A stretch of DNA of 64,000 nucleotides from contig OX597832.1 of the NCBI GenBank assembly GCA_951406725.2, forward strand, positions 54,746,001 to 54,810,000. Direction: 5' to 3'. Below, piece after piece: positions 39,148 through 52,729 of this stretch (positions are counted from its first letter, which is position 1; every line of letters begins with the position of its first letter). Both the position numbers and the translations under genes were made by a program. The notes under the pieces were generated by a model, which searched no databases, had not been told where the DNA came from, and was given only the letters and a program-made list of their open reading frames with translations. The DNA comes from Octopus vulgaris. Its lineage: Eukaryota.

Positions 39148-39473
39148 TGTGTGTGTATATGTATGCGTTTCCGAAAAGTTTCCATCTTGCAAAATCCTCT
39201 CACAAACATGTAGTTTTTGATCAGTCCATGGCTAAATCACTTACCTATTGTGCCGTCCAGTGGGATTGAACACGGAATCATGAGATTGTGGATGATGATT
39301 CTTAACCAGATATCTAATAATCTATTCCAAACTTCATAATTACGTTGTGAAAACAGAAAAGGCGAATCTGCTTTTGAAATCAGACTTCTTCCTATGTTGT
39401 CAGAAGCGATTTGGATTTTCCCACATGTCGTGTGTAAAAGTTGAACCTAGTTTTCTACAACAACAACACAACA

Positions 39474-39562
<89 letters not shown>

Positions 39563-39609
39563 TACTACTACTACTACTACTACAAAAAAAAAAAAAAACG
39601 GCAATAATA

Positions 39610-39775
39610 ATCCTTTCTATTTTAGGCACAGGGCCTAAAATTTTGGGGGAGGGGGATAGTCAATGAGAGTAACTCCAATGATCAACTGGTACTTATTTTA
39701 TCGACCCGCAAAATGATGAAAAACAAAGGCAACCTCGGCGGAATTTGAACTCAGAATGCAAAGACCGACGAAATG
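39610..39775 (-). mobile_element. SINE family A body, alternative tail
   Basis: Match to the other family A copies. Confidence 0.78.
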
Positions 39776-39809
39776 CAGTACCAGGCAGTGGCTCTCGTGG
39801 CTTCTGATC

Positions 39810-39871
<62 letters not shown>

Positions 39872-39876
39872 AATCA

Positions 39877-40447
39877 ATGCCCTGATGCAGTACCAGGCAG
39901 TGGCTCTCGTGGCTTCTGATCTTAACTGATTGTAAGTGTTATCATGTACATTGTTTTGTCTTGGTATAAAAGATGGGCTACAGCAAATATTCTGCTCAAT
40001 ACCACAGATTTGCTTGTCACTTGTTTGACCTTAACCAGTTGAGCATGTCCCTTAGTGGCTGACGATATATGCATCTCTGATCATGAGCAGAAGTAGAGGG
40101 GGAGCATCATAGCCATGTCTTGAGAGGAATTCTTTGGGGTTTGAATAATTCACCCTTGGAAACATGGGTGTTTCGTTCAACATCCTTAAACAACCCTTAT
40201 TCAGTGACCTTTTGAGCTGGATGAGCTACTAGACCAGAAGAAAATTCTAACTGGGATCCACCTGTAAACAGTCATGCACTGTTTATCTTGATATGAGATT
40301 ACCATGTCATGCACATATGGTTGTGATGCAATGTGCCTAGTGTAGCCTTATCAGACGGGTAGTCATGGTGGGTATACTGGGCTTCGTATATTTTACCCGA
40401 GTGTCACTTTGATGGCATGCACTGCTCTCTCACTCAGTAATAATAAT
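39877..40447 (+). mobile_element. ~570-bp interspersed repeat embedded in AAT/AAC microsatellite; probable non-LTR 3' region or non-autonomous partner
   Basis: Second partial copy at 24770 and a third 40-bp piece at 39773; begins after (AAT)n(AAC)n and ends cactcagtaataataat. Confidence 0.75.
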
Positions 40448-40647
40448 ATTTTCTCCTATAGGTACAAGGCCTTAATTATTTTAATAGAGGTCGACACCAA
40501 TAGATCTTGAATATAAATGTTACAATGGCGAAATACATGCGTTGCAATTATGATGGACATGAGAGAAACATTATACAAGTTTCTTAAAACTCGCAGGTGT
40601 TTAACTTGTCAGGCAGATAAATTGATTTGTGATCACGTGCTGAAGCT

Positions 40648-40912
40648 AAAACGATTGCAGCACTGAAGGTACATATTAGACATTCAAATACACAAACACA
40701 CACAAAGACTATTAAATTCGCTTAGAGATTTATCATGTGGTGTCAAGATCTTCGTCGTACGAACTGCCGACTACGACCTGGTCACTGACACAGGTCCACT
40801 GTAACTGATGCGACGAAAATTCTGACTTCAAATAATAAATATTTTAGTGAAGTTAGCAGTATTTGTGTGTTTTGGAGTGTCTAATATGCTTCTTCCACTT
40901 TGCAATCGTTTC
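40648..40912. mobile_element. Old MITE-like element with ~70-bp imperfect inverted arms
   Basis: aaacgattgca...catattagacattcaaatacacaaa versus tttgtgtgttttggagtgtctaatatg...tgcaatcgttt. Confidence 0.6.
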
Positions 40913-41855
40913 TTTAAACTCATTAGTCAAAGAATTTCACATTCCTATGAAATCCTAGACTAGAATAATTATACAAAATTCAAAGCTACTTCTAAAGCTT
41001 TTGACGACCTGCCGAGGCCATCAAACCGTTCCCCAAAAATTTCCTTTATCACAGGCGGCTCATCACCCCAAGAAGAAGGTGTCACTGATTATGTTAAAAC
41101 CATTATTATCATTTCTCGAAGGTTCCGATCTGGTCGAATCATTAACATGCCGGACAAAATGCTCCGCGGCATCTTTTCCGGCTCTTTACGTTCCGAATTA
41201 GACACTACCTGAAAGAGCAAAAATAACATGGACACCGAATAGCAATGTTTCCATGTACATCAATGTGTTATAAATAATGTAGAGGTGAGGGAGGAGGTAA
41301 AGGAAGATAATGTTAAAAAAAACAAAAAAGTAAAATGAAAGGGATTCAAAGAGAATAGTAGGTACTAGTGGTATTCTTCTAGCCTGTAGGGGCTGGAGAT
41401 GAAATCTAGTAGTAATTGCTTGCGTCGGTTTTATGGCTAAGGTCAGTGGTTGTAGAAATATTTTCAGCAATGGTGGCATGGGTGTGTAGGTAGTCGTCAA
41501 TGGAGAAACTAGTTGAAAGTTAAATTATTTAGGAATAAGGGTTAGAATTAAATATTAGGGGATTTATTTGGTTAAGGCAGAATATGTACTAGGCTTTAAA
41601 AAATAAGTCCCGGGGTCGATTTCTTCGATTAAAACTCTTTAAGGCGGTGCTCCAGCGCGGCCGCATTCAAATGACTAAAACAAGTAAAAAGAATGTAAAA
41701 GAATAAAAGAATATAATGAAGATACTTTATATTTCACACGTACACACGCATACACACAAACATATACACACACACATACACACACATACACACACGTACA
41801 TACATACACATACACACACATACACGCACATACACACATACATACATACACACAC

Positions 41856-41930
<75 letters not shown>

Positions 41931-41949
41931 CATATATACATATATACAT

Positions 41950-42107
41950 GTCCCCGTCACTTAGCGGTTCGGCAAAAGAGACCGATAGAATAAGTACTGG
42001 GCTTACAAAGAATAAGTCCCGGGGTCGATTTGCTCGACTAAAGGCGGTGCTCCAGCATGGCCGCAGTCAAATGACTGAAACAAGTAAAAGAGTAAAAGAG
42101 TAAAGAG
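41950..42107 (+). mobile_element. SINE family B 3' half (another tail at 41580-41710)
   Basis: Match to the other family B copies. Confidence 0.9.
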
Positions 42108-42136
42108 TATATATGCATAGATATATAAATAAATAA

Positions 42137-42167
<31 letters not shown>

Positions 42168-42193
42168 CAGATATGTGTGTATATGTATATATG

Positions 42194-42253
<60 letters not shown>

Positions 42254-42939
42254 TATAAGAGAGTATTGTAATTTGCTTGAAGCACTATGTGAAGATAATA
42301 TGAATAATTTTTTTTAAAAGCCTTTAAACAATGTCAGTAGGAAGTTAGGGCAAGATATGTAATATGAAGCCAATGAATGAACACAAAAACATCTTCAAAC
42401 AATGCAAATCTAGAAATACCTTATTTTAACCTTCAGCTATTGTCCAGTGACATTTCCCAGGAATCTTTTGCACACCCACACTAATTCTTCTTACTAAGAC
42501 ACTTTTACTGCTGCTTATGACACATCACGCTACCTGCTACTTCTGATAGTATGTATCTTTACCCTTCTCAGCCATGAATACTCAGCCACTAATACTTTCC
42601 GTTACAACACCGAAGAGTGTCTTGCTAAGAACAGCACTTTTTCATCGAATTCTTGGATTATTTTCTTATATTTTATATTTGATAAGGGGAATCTTCCCCG
42701 AAATATAATCTAAGTATTAAAATAATTATTTCAAGTAAGACAATAAATTGGCTTTGTTTTTCAGTTATTGGTACCACCTTACGTCTAACTTCTCACCAAC
42801 ATTGCTAAAAAGTACTTTTCAAATATTCGTATGTATATATATATAAGTGTGTACGTATGTGTGTGTGTGTCTGCGTCTGTGTCTGTATGTGCGTGTGTGT
42901 GTTTGTGTGTGTGCATGCACTTACATATGTATATATATG

Positions 42940-42986
<47 letters not shown>

Positions 42987-42996
42987 CGTACATATA

Positions 42997-43396
42997 TTCT
43001 TTTATATGTTTTGGTCATTTTACTGCGGCCATGCTGGAGCACCGCCTTTTGTCGAACAAATCGCCCCCAGGACTTATTCTTTGTAAGCCTAGTACTTGTT
43101 TTATCGCTTTATTTTGCTGAACCACTAAGTTACGAGGATGTAAGTAGACCAACATCGGTTGTCAAGCGATGGTGACGGAGGGGTGGGACAAATACAGACA
43201 CGCAAATATATACACGTATATATATATATATACGACGGGTTTTTTCACTTTCCGTCTACCAAATCTATTCACAAGGTATTAGTCGGCCCGAGGCTATAGT
43301 AGAAGATACTTGCCGAAGGTGCCACGCAGTGGGACTGAATCCGGAACCATGTTGTTCGTAAGCAAGCTTCTTATCACACAGCCAAACCCGCGCCTA
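42997..43396 (-). mobile_element. SINE family B
   Basis: Match to the other family B copies. Confidence 0.9.
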
Positions 43397-43444
<48 letters not shown>

Positions 43445-43447
<3 letters not shown>

Positions 43448-43660
43448 ATATATGTACGTACCTACCTCTACATGTACATATACACGCATATATGTGTACA
43501 GGACACCAAAGGACGTAGAACACATAGAGAGACGAAAAACATAGACACAAACCAAGGAACAAGACAAGCAAAAAAAGGAGATACAGGACAATAAGCACAA
43601 CGAAAAATCCCCTTCTTCAGTCGCTAAAGTTTCATCTACTAAACGTTTCGAAGGATAATA
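43445..43660 (-). mobile_element. Dispersed repeat with permuted hammerhead-like boxes (copy 3)
   Basis: Minus strand ccttcgaaacgtttagtagatgaaactttagcgactgaagaagggg. Confidence 0.7.
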
Positions 43661-43855
43661 CGTATTATATACATTGCTGTGTGCCTCTATCATCTTGGCA
43701 ACAGCTTGAAATAAAATAAGAAAAATATTTAGATAGACTCTAGATATATCAGCCACAGTAAATATTAAAACAAAGTAACTTAAAACGAACATGATGGCCA
43801 CATAGTCTACTAAAGGTATCAGTAGCAAACAATATACGACTGAATAAGTTATATA

Positions 43856-44365
43856 CTGTAAATCCTCGAGTATAATCCGCATTTTTCCCCCAAAATTTAA
43901 AGGTCAAAATCCCTAGTGCGTACTATATACGAGGTTAAAAATGAAAATTATTTTCTAAGCAATGTCCGAGTCTCTATTTGCTGTCCAGCAATGTTTATTC
44001 AGACGCATTTTGTGATGTCGGGCGCGAAAATACCTTAAGCTAAGCCTGAAAGCAATGAAGTCATAAAAGAGTCATCCATAACTTGCAGTAAGCAACATTT
44101 AACGTTATTACTGTTATTTCTTTATTTCCTGCAAACAAAATGCACAAAAAAGCTACACGTTTGCATTATGTTATATGTACAATAATAATAAAGGACGTTA
44201 CCGTATACATTTTTGCAAACCAAGGACGTTATATAGACCTCCTTGACTCAAGTTAGAGAAGGGGTGCGTATTATACACAAGGTTTAGGTTTTTCAAAGAT
44301 ACAGCCCCCTAAAAATCCCCTGCGTATTATATACTCAAGGGCGGACTATACTCGAGGATTTACGG
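43856..44365. mobile_element. Non-autonomous Tc1/mariner-superfamily (Tc2/pogo-like) MITE, 510 bp
   Basis: 25-bp TIRs c(t/c)gtaaatcctcgagtata(a/g)tccgc; TA on both sides; subterminal tgcgta.tata repeats. Confidence 0.88.
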
Positions 44366-45271
44366 TATTAAATGCAGAAGCAACAGACTGAAATTGGAAG
44401 TTGAGAGAGTTATTTACAGTAAAAACAAGAGTACAGGAATTTGCTATTAGGAAGGTTTATATGTGAGTTTCGCCAATATAATTTCAATCATTAATTTCAA
44501 TGACAGCTGACAATAATCTTGCTTAATCTCTGGAAATAGTTGCAGACGCCTACAGAAATATCACTTGTCATTAACAGCCGACACGAAATCCAAAAATCAG
44601 AAATGAGATCATTATTACTGAGATGTTGGTTGTTACTCGTGGCTGTAGAAACACTTCGGAACTGATTCTAAAAGAAGAGGTTGATGCTGAAAAGGAAAAG
44701 GAAAAAGAAAAGAACGAAAAACAAAAAAAAACAAAAAAAAATGAAAGACAAAAATGAAGGATGTATTATTTTGAAATTGTTCACTTGCTAACAACCGTTG
44801 TTGCATTTAAAGGGAAAACTGATGCTTTTTAAATCTTAATTGTTCAATATATTTGTGATTATCCCCGAAGTATTCCAGGTAAAATAAGACAAGTTTTCAA
44901 ATGATACACAATACCGTTTAATTGTTTCATCACCTTTGGCAAACCGAATTCCTTTGAGTTAAATCACGTTGTCATGGCCGTTGTCGTCGTTGTCGTCGTG
45001 ATCATCATGATCATCATCCTCATCATTTTAGACCATTATCAACATAATCATAATCATCGTCATCGTCGTTATCGTCATTATAATCCTTATTATCGTCATT
45101 ATAGCCACCATTATCATCATCATCACCGACGCCGACATTTTCATTATCGTTATCATCATCATCATCATCACCACCACCGTCATTACCGTCGTGGTCTTTG
45201 CCATCGTTGTGTTTGGACCATTTCTGGTAAATGTCGCGAAGTCGGCGCGTGTCGGTAGGCGGAAGCTGTTA

Positions 45272-45906
45272 TTATTTCTCAAGTGCCCAGAATGGGGCTA
45301 AACATAGAGGGGACAAACAAGGACAGACAAACGGATTAAGTCGATTACCCCAGTGCGTAACTGGTACTTATTTAATCGACCCCGAAAGGATGACAGGCAA
45401 AGTCGACCTCGGCGGTATTTGAACTCAGAACGTAGCGGCAGACGGAATACCTATTTCTATTTTTTTACTACCCACAAGGGGCTAAACACAGAGAGGACAA
45501 ACAAGGACAGACAAACGGATTAAGTCGATTATAACGACCCCAGTGCGTAACTAGTATTTATTTAATCGACCCCGAAAGGATGAAAGGCAAAGTCGACCTC
45601 GTCGGAATTTGAACTCAGAACGTAACGGCAGACGAAATAACGCTAAGCATTTCGCCTGGCGTGCTAACGTTTCTTATTTCTTTACTGCCCACTAGGGGCT
45701 AAACATAGAGGGGACAAACAAGGACAGACAAAGGGATTAAGTCGATTACATCGAACCCAGTACATAACTTGGTACTTAATTTATCGACCCCGAAAAGAAG
45801 AAAGGCAAAGTCGACCTCGGCAGAATTTTAACTCAGAACGTAGCAGCAGACGAAATACCACTAAGAATTTCGCCCGACATGCTAATGCTTCTGCCATCTC
45901 GCCGCC
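45272..45906 (-). mobile_element. SINE family A trimer
   Basis: Three bodies; TSD taggcg(g)aagctgtt at 45256-45270 and 45907-45920. Confidence 0.92.
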
Positions 45907-47021
45907 TAGGCGAAGCTGTTCTATCAACCAAAGTTACATAAAATATTTTACAAGGAATTGAACCAAAATGTTAGAATCGCTGTTAGAATCTCACAGGAAA
46001 TATTTTCTTGTTTCTTCACCTTTTCTGAGAGAAGTTACTGGAATGACTGTATGTCTTCGAATACCGAATGGCGTTACAAAAACCATGACTTTGTGTGGGT
46101 ACATAAATAAGAAAGTTTCGCGAAGATGCGAAAATGAAGACTTACAATACTTGTCGGTCTTCATGAGAACTTAACTTTATCTTTTATTGGCTGAACCCGC
46201 CAATATTTCATGGAGTCAATAGTAAACTTACTTAAAACGTTATCCAAAAATCCTGAAAGCGTAGCCTGTGTTGCGTGTGTATTAACAAATAGTCGCTCAT
46301 CTGCTAATCATTGAAAAGTGAAGGAAACTGGAATTCGATAATTACTTAATAAACTTTATATGTACAATGTGCATGCTTTATGCACAATTTTTAGACTAAA
46401 TACACAACACTCTCCCTCTTTGTCTCTCACTCTTCGCCTTACCCTAAAGGAAAAGATAATAATGGCACTGTCAGGAAGGGAGAACTGGCACCAGCGACTT
46501 AAGTGAGGAAGATCAGAAGATTTTAGATGAGTTGCAGGACGGAATGAGTAAAGAAAAAAGAAAAAAATTACTAGCATTAAAAGGTACCAACAGAGGGAAC
46601 TTACTAGATATGACTAGGAAAGTAGAGTCTGTTATCAGTAGGGGAGATACTGAAAATATAGGTGACACTATTTTATTGATCCATGCAGGAAGAGAAGTGG
46701 TTACTAGAAGATTAGATATTCCCCAAGGAAAGATTAGAAAAGAGCCAATATGAAAAAGGAGATTGCAAAATAAAGTGAAGACTTTAAGACAAAGTCTGCG
46801 TAGAATAGAAGCCTGGAACTGACCAAGTTAAGAAATACACGATTTAGATCTTCTCTTGGCAACACTTATTCAAAGAGAAAGAATTTGGGAAAGCCACAGG
46901 AGAGTTGAAACAACGTATCATAGCAGTAGCAGGTAAGCTTTCCAGATATCAGAAAAGAATAGATCAGTATCAATAGAATAGATTATTTGAGACAGACCAG
47001 AAGAGATTTTATAACCAAATA

Positions 47022-48292
47022 TTGGATTGCCAAAAAAGTAATTTCGTTTTTCGCAAATAGATTGAGTTACAATTTTTTTGAATGACTTTTGTCAATGTTA
47101 TGATTTTTTTTCCTTTTGACATTTGATAGCCATTACTTTTAGCTTACTTTAGAAGCAAATTGCCCGTAATTTTGTTCACAGCTGTTCGTTCAGTGTCAAT
47201 TTTAACATGGAGTGCAAAAACGAACATTTTTGCCATATTTTGCGTTTTTGTTTCCGAAAAGGCAAGAAAGTTGTTAAGGCTCATAAAAAGATAAAGTGAA
47301 GTTTATGGTGTCGTTTGCTTAACTGAACATACATGTCAGAATGGTTTCAAAAATTCCGACCTGGAGATTTTTCACTCAAAGATAACCAATATTCTGGTCG
47401 ACCTACTGAAGTTGATGATGACCAAATCAAAGCCATAATTGAATCTGATTGTCATATAATGGTGCGAGAGATTGCAGAGGGGTTAAATGTATCACACACA
47501 ACAATTGAAAATCACTTAGAATGTCTTGGACTCGTTAAGAAGCTTGATATTTGGGTTCCACATAAATTGAAAGAGATTCACTTAATATAACGAATCAATA
47601 TTTGTGATATGCATCTCAAACGCAGCGAAATCCACATTTCTAAAAGCAAATCATGACTGGTGATGAGAAATGGATTGTCTCCAATAACATCAATCCAAGC
47701 AAAAATGACCCAGACAAATCGTATCGAAAACTGAATTGCATCAAAAAAGGTCATGCTGTCAATTTGGTGGGATTACAAGGGTGTTGTGTGTTTTGAGCTG
47801 CTTCCAAGGAACCAAATGATCAATTCAGATGTTTACTGTCAACAACTAATGAAACTGGAGGAAGTAATCACAGAAAAACCGCCAGAATTGGCAAATCGTA
47901 AAGGAATCGTGTTCCACCATGACAACACGAGACCACACACGTCTTTGCTAACTCGTGAAAAATTATTGGAGCTTGGTTGGGAAGTAATGTTACATCTACC
48001 ACATAGTCCTGACCTTGCACTATCAGATTATCATTTATTTTGGAGTGTGTAAAATTCTGTGAATGGTAAAACTTTCAATAATGATGATGACCGGAAATCG
48101 AACTTGCTTCAGTTTGGGGTTGATAAGGACTAGAAGTTCTATAAGCGCGGAATCCTGAATTTGCCAGAAAGATGGCAAAAGGTCATCGAACAAAATGGAA
48201 AATATATATTTGATTAAAGTTCATTCTTTGTATGAAAAAAAATTACTTTTATTTCACACTAAAAAACAAAAATTACTTTATTGCCAACCCAA
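47022..48292 (+). mobile_element. Full-length mariner transposon (mellifera-subfamily-like), 1271 bp
   Basis: TIRs ttggattgccaaaaaagtaattt / aaattactttattgccaacccaa; TA TSD at 47020-47021 and 48293-48294. Confidence 0.95.
47207..48217 (+). pseudogene. Mariner transposase pseudogene
   Basis: MECKNEHFCHIL..., WVPHKL, TGDEKW, HHDNTRPH, HSPDLALSDYHLF; several stops and frameshifts. Confidence 0.93.
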
Positions 48293-48746
48293 TAAATAGT
48301 AAAGAAGAAAGTACTGAAGATGAGAAACCTAATGCAGAAGAGGCTAGAAAGTTCTGGAGTAATATCTGAGATAAGCCAGTCAATCATAATGGCAACGCAG
48401 CATTGTTAAAGAAAGTAAGGGAAGAAGTAGTCAGTGAGAAGCAGCCAGATCTAAGATTAACTAGTGCATTAATGAGTAAAGTGTTAGGAAAAAGGCCGAA
48501 TTGGAAGAACCCAGGACTAGATTTAGTTCAAGAGTACCAGTTAAAGAAATTTAGTAGTTTACAGGGAAGACTGTAATGAATTTATCTATCCGCATAGATA
48601 TATGGACGAATTGAAGATATAGAAAACGGTTGGCCATCAAAAACTTTCACGACAGCTAAAGTTATTTGTATTGTTTGTCACAATATTATATTATACTCCG
48701 TTTACAATACCGTAAATGCTTTCCACTCCCGCGTTCCTTTCAGTCA

Positions 48747-48784
<38 letters not shown>

Positions 48785-48991
48785 ACACACACACGCACGC
48801 ACGCACACACACACACACACACACACATACACACACACACACTCTCTCTCTCTCTTTTTCTCTCCTGCATTTTCTCTCCCCTTCTTAGCCTCTCCCTTCA
48901 GCAAACCACGTGACAGCGTAACACATTTGGCCGTAACGTATTAATATAGATATGTAATATTAATAATAATAATAATAATAACTAGTATTAT

Positions 48992-49026
<35 letters not shown>

Positions 49027-49064
49027 TTATTGTTATTATTATTCATTCATTCATTTCATTCATT

Positions 49065-49275
49065 TACTTGTTTCAGTCATTTGACTGCGGCCATGCTGGA
49101 GCACCACCTTTTAGTCGAGCAAATCGATCCCAGGACTTATTCTTTGGAAGCCTAGAACTTATTCTATCATTCTCTTTTGCCGAACCGCTAAGTTACGGGG
49201 ACGTAAACACACCAGCATCGGTTGTCAAGCGATGTTGGGGGGAGTGGGGGGGGGGCAAACGCAACACACAAACAT

Positions 49276-49363
<88 letters not shown>

Positions 49364-49528
49364 GACGGGCTTCTTTTCAGTTTCCGTCAACCAAATCCAC
49401 TCACAAGGCTTTGGTCGGCTCGAGGCTATAGTACAAGACACTTGCCCAAGGTGCCACGCAGTGGAACTGAACCCGGAACCATGTGGTTCGTAAGCAAGCT
49501 ACTTACCACACAGCCACTCCTACGCCTA
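49065..49528 (-). mobile_element. SINE family B
   Basis: Match to the other family B copies. Confidence 0.92.
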
Positions 49529-49771
49529 TTATCATGAATAAATATATAAGTAAATGCAAGTTTTCATTGAAGAATAAATATGGAGTTATTATCTGTAAGA
49601 CTCCCATGACAGAGAATTCCTCTTTTGTTAGACTCTCGAACGACGCATCTCGTAATGGCGGCACACTTTTTCTTCTTTCTTTTTTTTTTTTCTGACAAAC
49701 AGCAAACTAAAAATAAGAGACAGACATGACCTTCAGAGGGAAATGTATAGAATATAAATGCATATATAATG

Positions 49772-49807
<36 letters not shown>

Positions 49808-49901
49808 ATGTAGTGTTTTTTCTCCTCTTCTGCTCAAGTCGGTCTTTTTTGATTCGTTATCAGCTCCAAGTCAGTCAGTCGCTTTTAAGTTTCCATCACC
49901 C

Positions 49902-49975
<74 letters not shown>

Positions 49976-50592
49976 TCTCCCTTTGCCTATCCGCCCGGCT
50001 GGCTGACGGCTGCGACTTATTCATCCGACTTCAATTAGCAGTATTTCATGCTTTCTTTGTGGAGATATCCTTTCGGCTGGCATCGATTTATTAACATTAT
50101 TAGCCGGATAATTTAAGTAGATAGCATACGGTTTGTTTGTATGACGGCTCTCATTTTGTTATTTTATTAGATTCACATACGATAATGCTGGCATCTGATT
50201 GCATTTACATATCTACGAGCTTTTTAAATTCCCTTGTAAACACATGCACTAACACAAACACACACACACATACACATACAGGCACGTCTTAAATACATTC
50301 ATATATATGGTGTGTGTGTATGTGTGTGCGAGAGAGAGGTATTAGCTTAGTAGGCCGTTTGAAATTAAATGGTCTCTTCTTGATCGACAAGGGTCCCGTT
50401 ACCCAGCTCCGAAGTATAATCTGTTACTACGTCGACATTAAATCATTCTGTAAGTAAGTAGGTCATTTACAAAAAGCTATCGAGCTGTTGCGACGCTCAT
50501 ACGTTTCTCGACGACTTAAAACGATATGGCTCTAAAAGCTTCAAAGTGTATAGTTGTGCGTGTATGTATGTATGTATGTATGTATGTATGTA

Positions 50593-50962
50593 TAGGCGTA
50601 GGAGTGGCTGTGTGGTAAGTAGCTTGCTTACAAACAACATGGTTCCGGTTCCAGTCCCACCGTGTGGCACCTTGGGCAAGTGTCTTCTACTATACCCTCA
50701 GGCCGACCAAAGCCTTGTAAGTGGATTTGGTAGACGGAAACTGAAAGAAGCCCGTCGTATATATGTATGTATATATGTATGTGTGTATATGTTTGTGTGT
50801 CTGTGTTTGTGTTTACGTCCCCGTAATTTAGTGGTTCGGCAAAAGAGACCGATAGAATAAGTACTAGGCTTACAAAGAATAAGTCCTGGGGTCGATTTGC
50901 TCGACTAAAGGCGGTGCTGCAGCATGGCCACAGTCAAAAATGACTGAAACAAGTAAAAGAGA
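50593..50962 (+). mobile_element. SINE family B
   Basis: Match to the other family B copies, with a small internal deletion. Confidence 0.92.
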
Positions 50963-51005
50963 GTATGTATGTGTATATAAGTATGTATGTATGTATGTAT
51001 GTATG

Positions 51006-51036
<31 letters not shown>

Positions 51037-51166
51037 GTATGTATGTATGTATGTATGTATATATGTATGTATGTAGTCAATTCAAATAGACGAGTAAAAA
51101 AATAACAGGCAGCAAGAGGACGGACACAAGGAATGTATTAGTTTGACATTCGGTGGAAAGCGAGAG

Positions 51167-51199
51167 TTTGACGTTTGGAGAATAGTTCTTCGTCAGAAA
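51167..51199 (-). ncRNA. Degenerate minimal hammerhead motif
   Basis: UUU CUGACGA AGAACUAUUCUC CAAAC GUC AAA; G12 is replaced by C. Confidence 0.5.
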
Positions 51200-51277
51200 G
51201 GAGAACAGGAAATGTCCAAAGAAGGAAAAGAGATCGCTAACAACACGTGGGTAGTTACATTCCTGAAGTAGCCAGAA

Positions 51278-51317
<40 letters not shown>

Positions 51318-51322
<5 letters not shown>

Positions 51323-51605
51323 CGTGACCGACCAGGCTATCAGATGTTGCTACACATCACTGGTCACAATACGCTTCGCATTGTTTTAGACTTCAAATGA
51401 CGCCACCCCGCTGGCTAAGCGGGCAGCCAACAGAAGAAGGAGTGAGAGAAAGTTGTGGCGAAAGTGTTCAGCAGGGATCGACCACCGCTCCATGCCGGAG
51501 ACTCGTGGAGCTTTAGGTGTTTTCGTCAATAAGCCCGGTCTGGGAATCGAAACCGTGATCCTACGACCGCGAGTTCGCTGCCCTAACCACTGGGTCATTG
51601 CACCT

Positions 51606-51608
<3 letters not shown>
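51318..51608 (-). mobile_element. SINE family C sibling (same head, different 3' half)
   Basis: 5' ~170 nt match 12771-12955; the 3' half ending ggtcacggtga recurs at 54353-54459. Confidence 0.85.
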
Positions 51609-51647
<39 letters not shown>

Positions 51648-52099
51648 ACACACACACACACGCATATATATATATATCAAATTTACAGAAAATTGAAGAC
51701 GAAGACAAATGAAGGAACAACAAGCAGGTGTATTAGTTTAGCAGTGGAATCGATATAATCGACTCTCCTCTCTCTTCAAAATGTAAGCTCGGTACCAAAA
51801 CTTAGAAAGAACATACCTGTGTGTGTGTCTCTGTGTGTGCTAGAGTGTGTGTGTATGTATGTGTGTGCGTAATTTTATGCAAGAATGTTGTTGACAGCGA
51901 CTTCGAAATTTCGGCCAGCTAAGCCGTCGTCGGACTCTGACTTAGATGGCTGATACTTCGAAGTCACTAAACAACAGCATTCGTGCATAAGAATAATAAA
52001 TTTGTACTCCACAAAAGTATAGAGTAACCCATCAGATTAATGTAAAACAATTTTTATTAGGACAGAACATAAAAACAAATACCGTTATGCGCGCACGCA

Positions 52100-52156
<57 letters not shown>

Positions 52157-52729
52157 ACACACACACACACACACACAAATAATTATGGCCAGATGGGACT
52201 GTCTGGTTTACGGGAACAGGTATTGATCCGTTTGAGCGATAAAAACGCAAATACCAATTCCTCATAAAAATGAATCTATTGTCTAACCGGAGGTTTGTGC
52301 CAAACTATTCTGCCAACGCAACAAGCGGCTTGCAGAGAAAATTCTATTTTCTGCTTTTCTCAACATCAAAAGCATCAGATGTTGGATCAACATCTTAACC
52401 AACGGACGCCATGTTGAAGTACTTTCGTTCGGCATTTTGTTTCGCCGTGTTGCTTAATGAAGCGTGGCCTCTTGTACTGCACAGATCTTTTATCGTGTAT
52501 TAGAAGTCACCGAGGGAGCTATCCACACAACACGGTTGCCGGAGGTTTAGCTGAAATCTGGCAGTACGCCATAAAGGCCACTGTTATGAGCGGTTTCGAC
52601 ATTATCAGTTGAAGGTGTCTTTGGAATCTGATGGCTATGAGTTGTCTGGGATAACCGGTCTATAGACTGATCCTCTCTGTCTTGAAGAGATCCAGTGTAA
52701 CGCAACGAAGTTGATAGTGCTCAAATTAG

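Larger units (their letters stand above)
46460..48575 (+). mobile_element. R4/Dong-clade LINE ORF relic interrupted by a mariner
   Basis: KEPI*KRRLQNKVKTLRQ, ELKQRIIAVAGKLSRYQKRIDQYQ*NRLFETDQKRFYNQI | NSKEESTEDEKPNAEEARKFWSNI*...RPNWKNPGLDLVQEYQLKKF; the frame is restored when the mariner and one TA are removed. Confidence 0.85.

Noticed and set aside
44974-45258. His-rich ORF
   Set aside because: Degenerate (CAT)n repeat with no splice or coding support
52590-52720. CR1/L2-like RT remnant (VVWDN...LEEIQCNATKLI)
   Set aside because: Only two short motifs in broken frames; too weak to call
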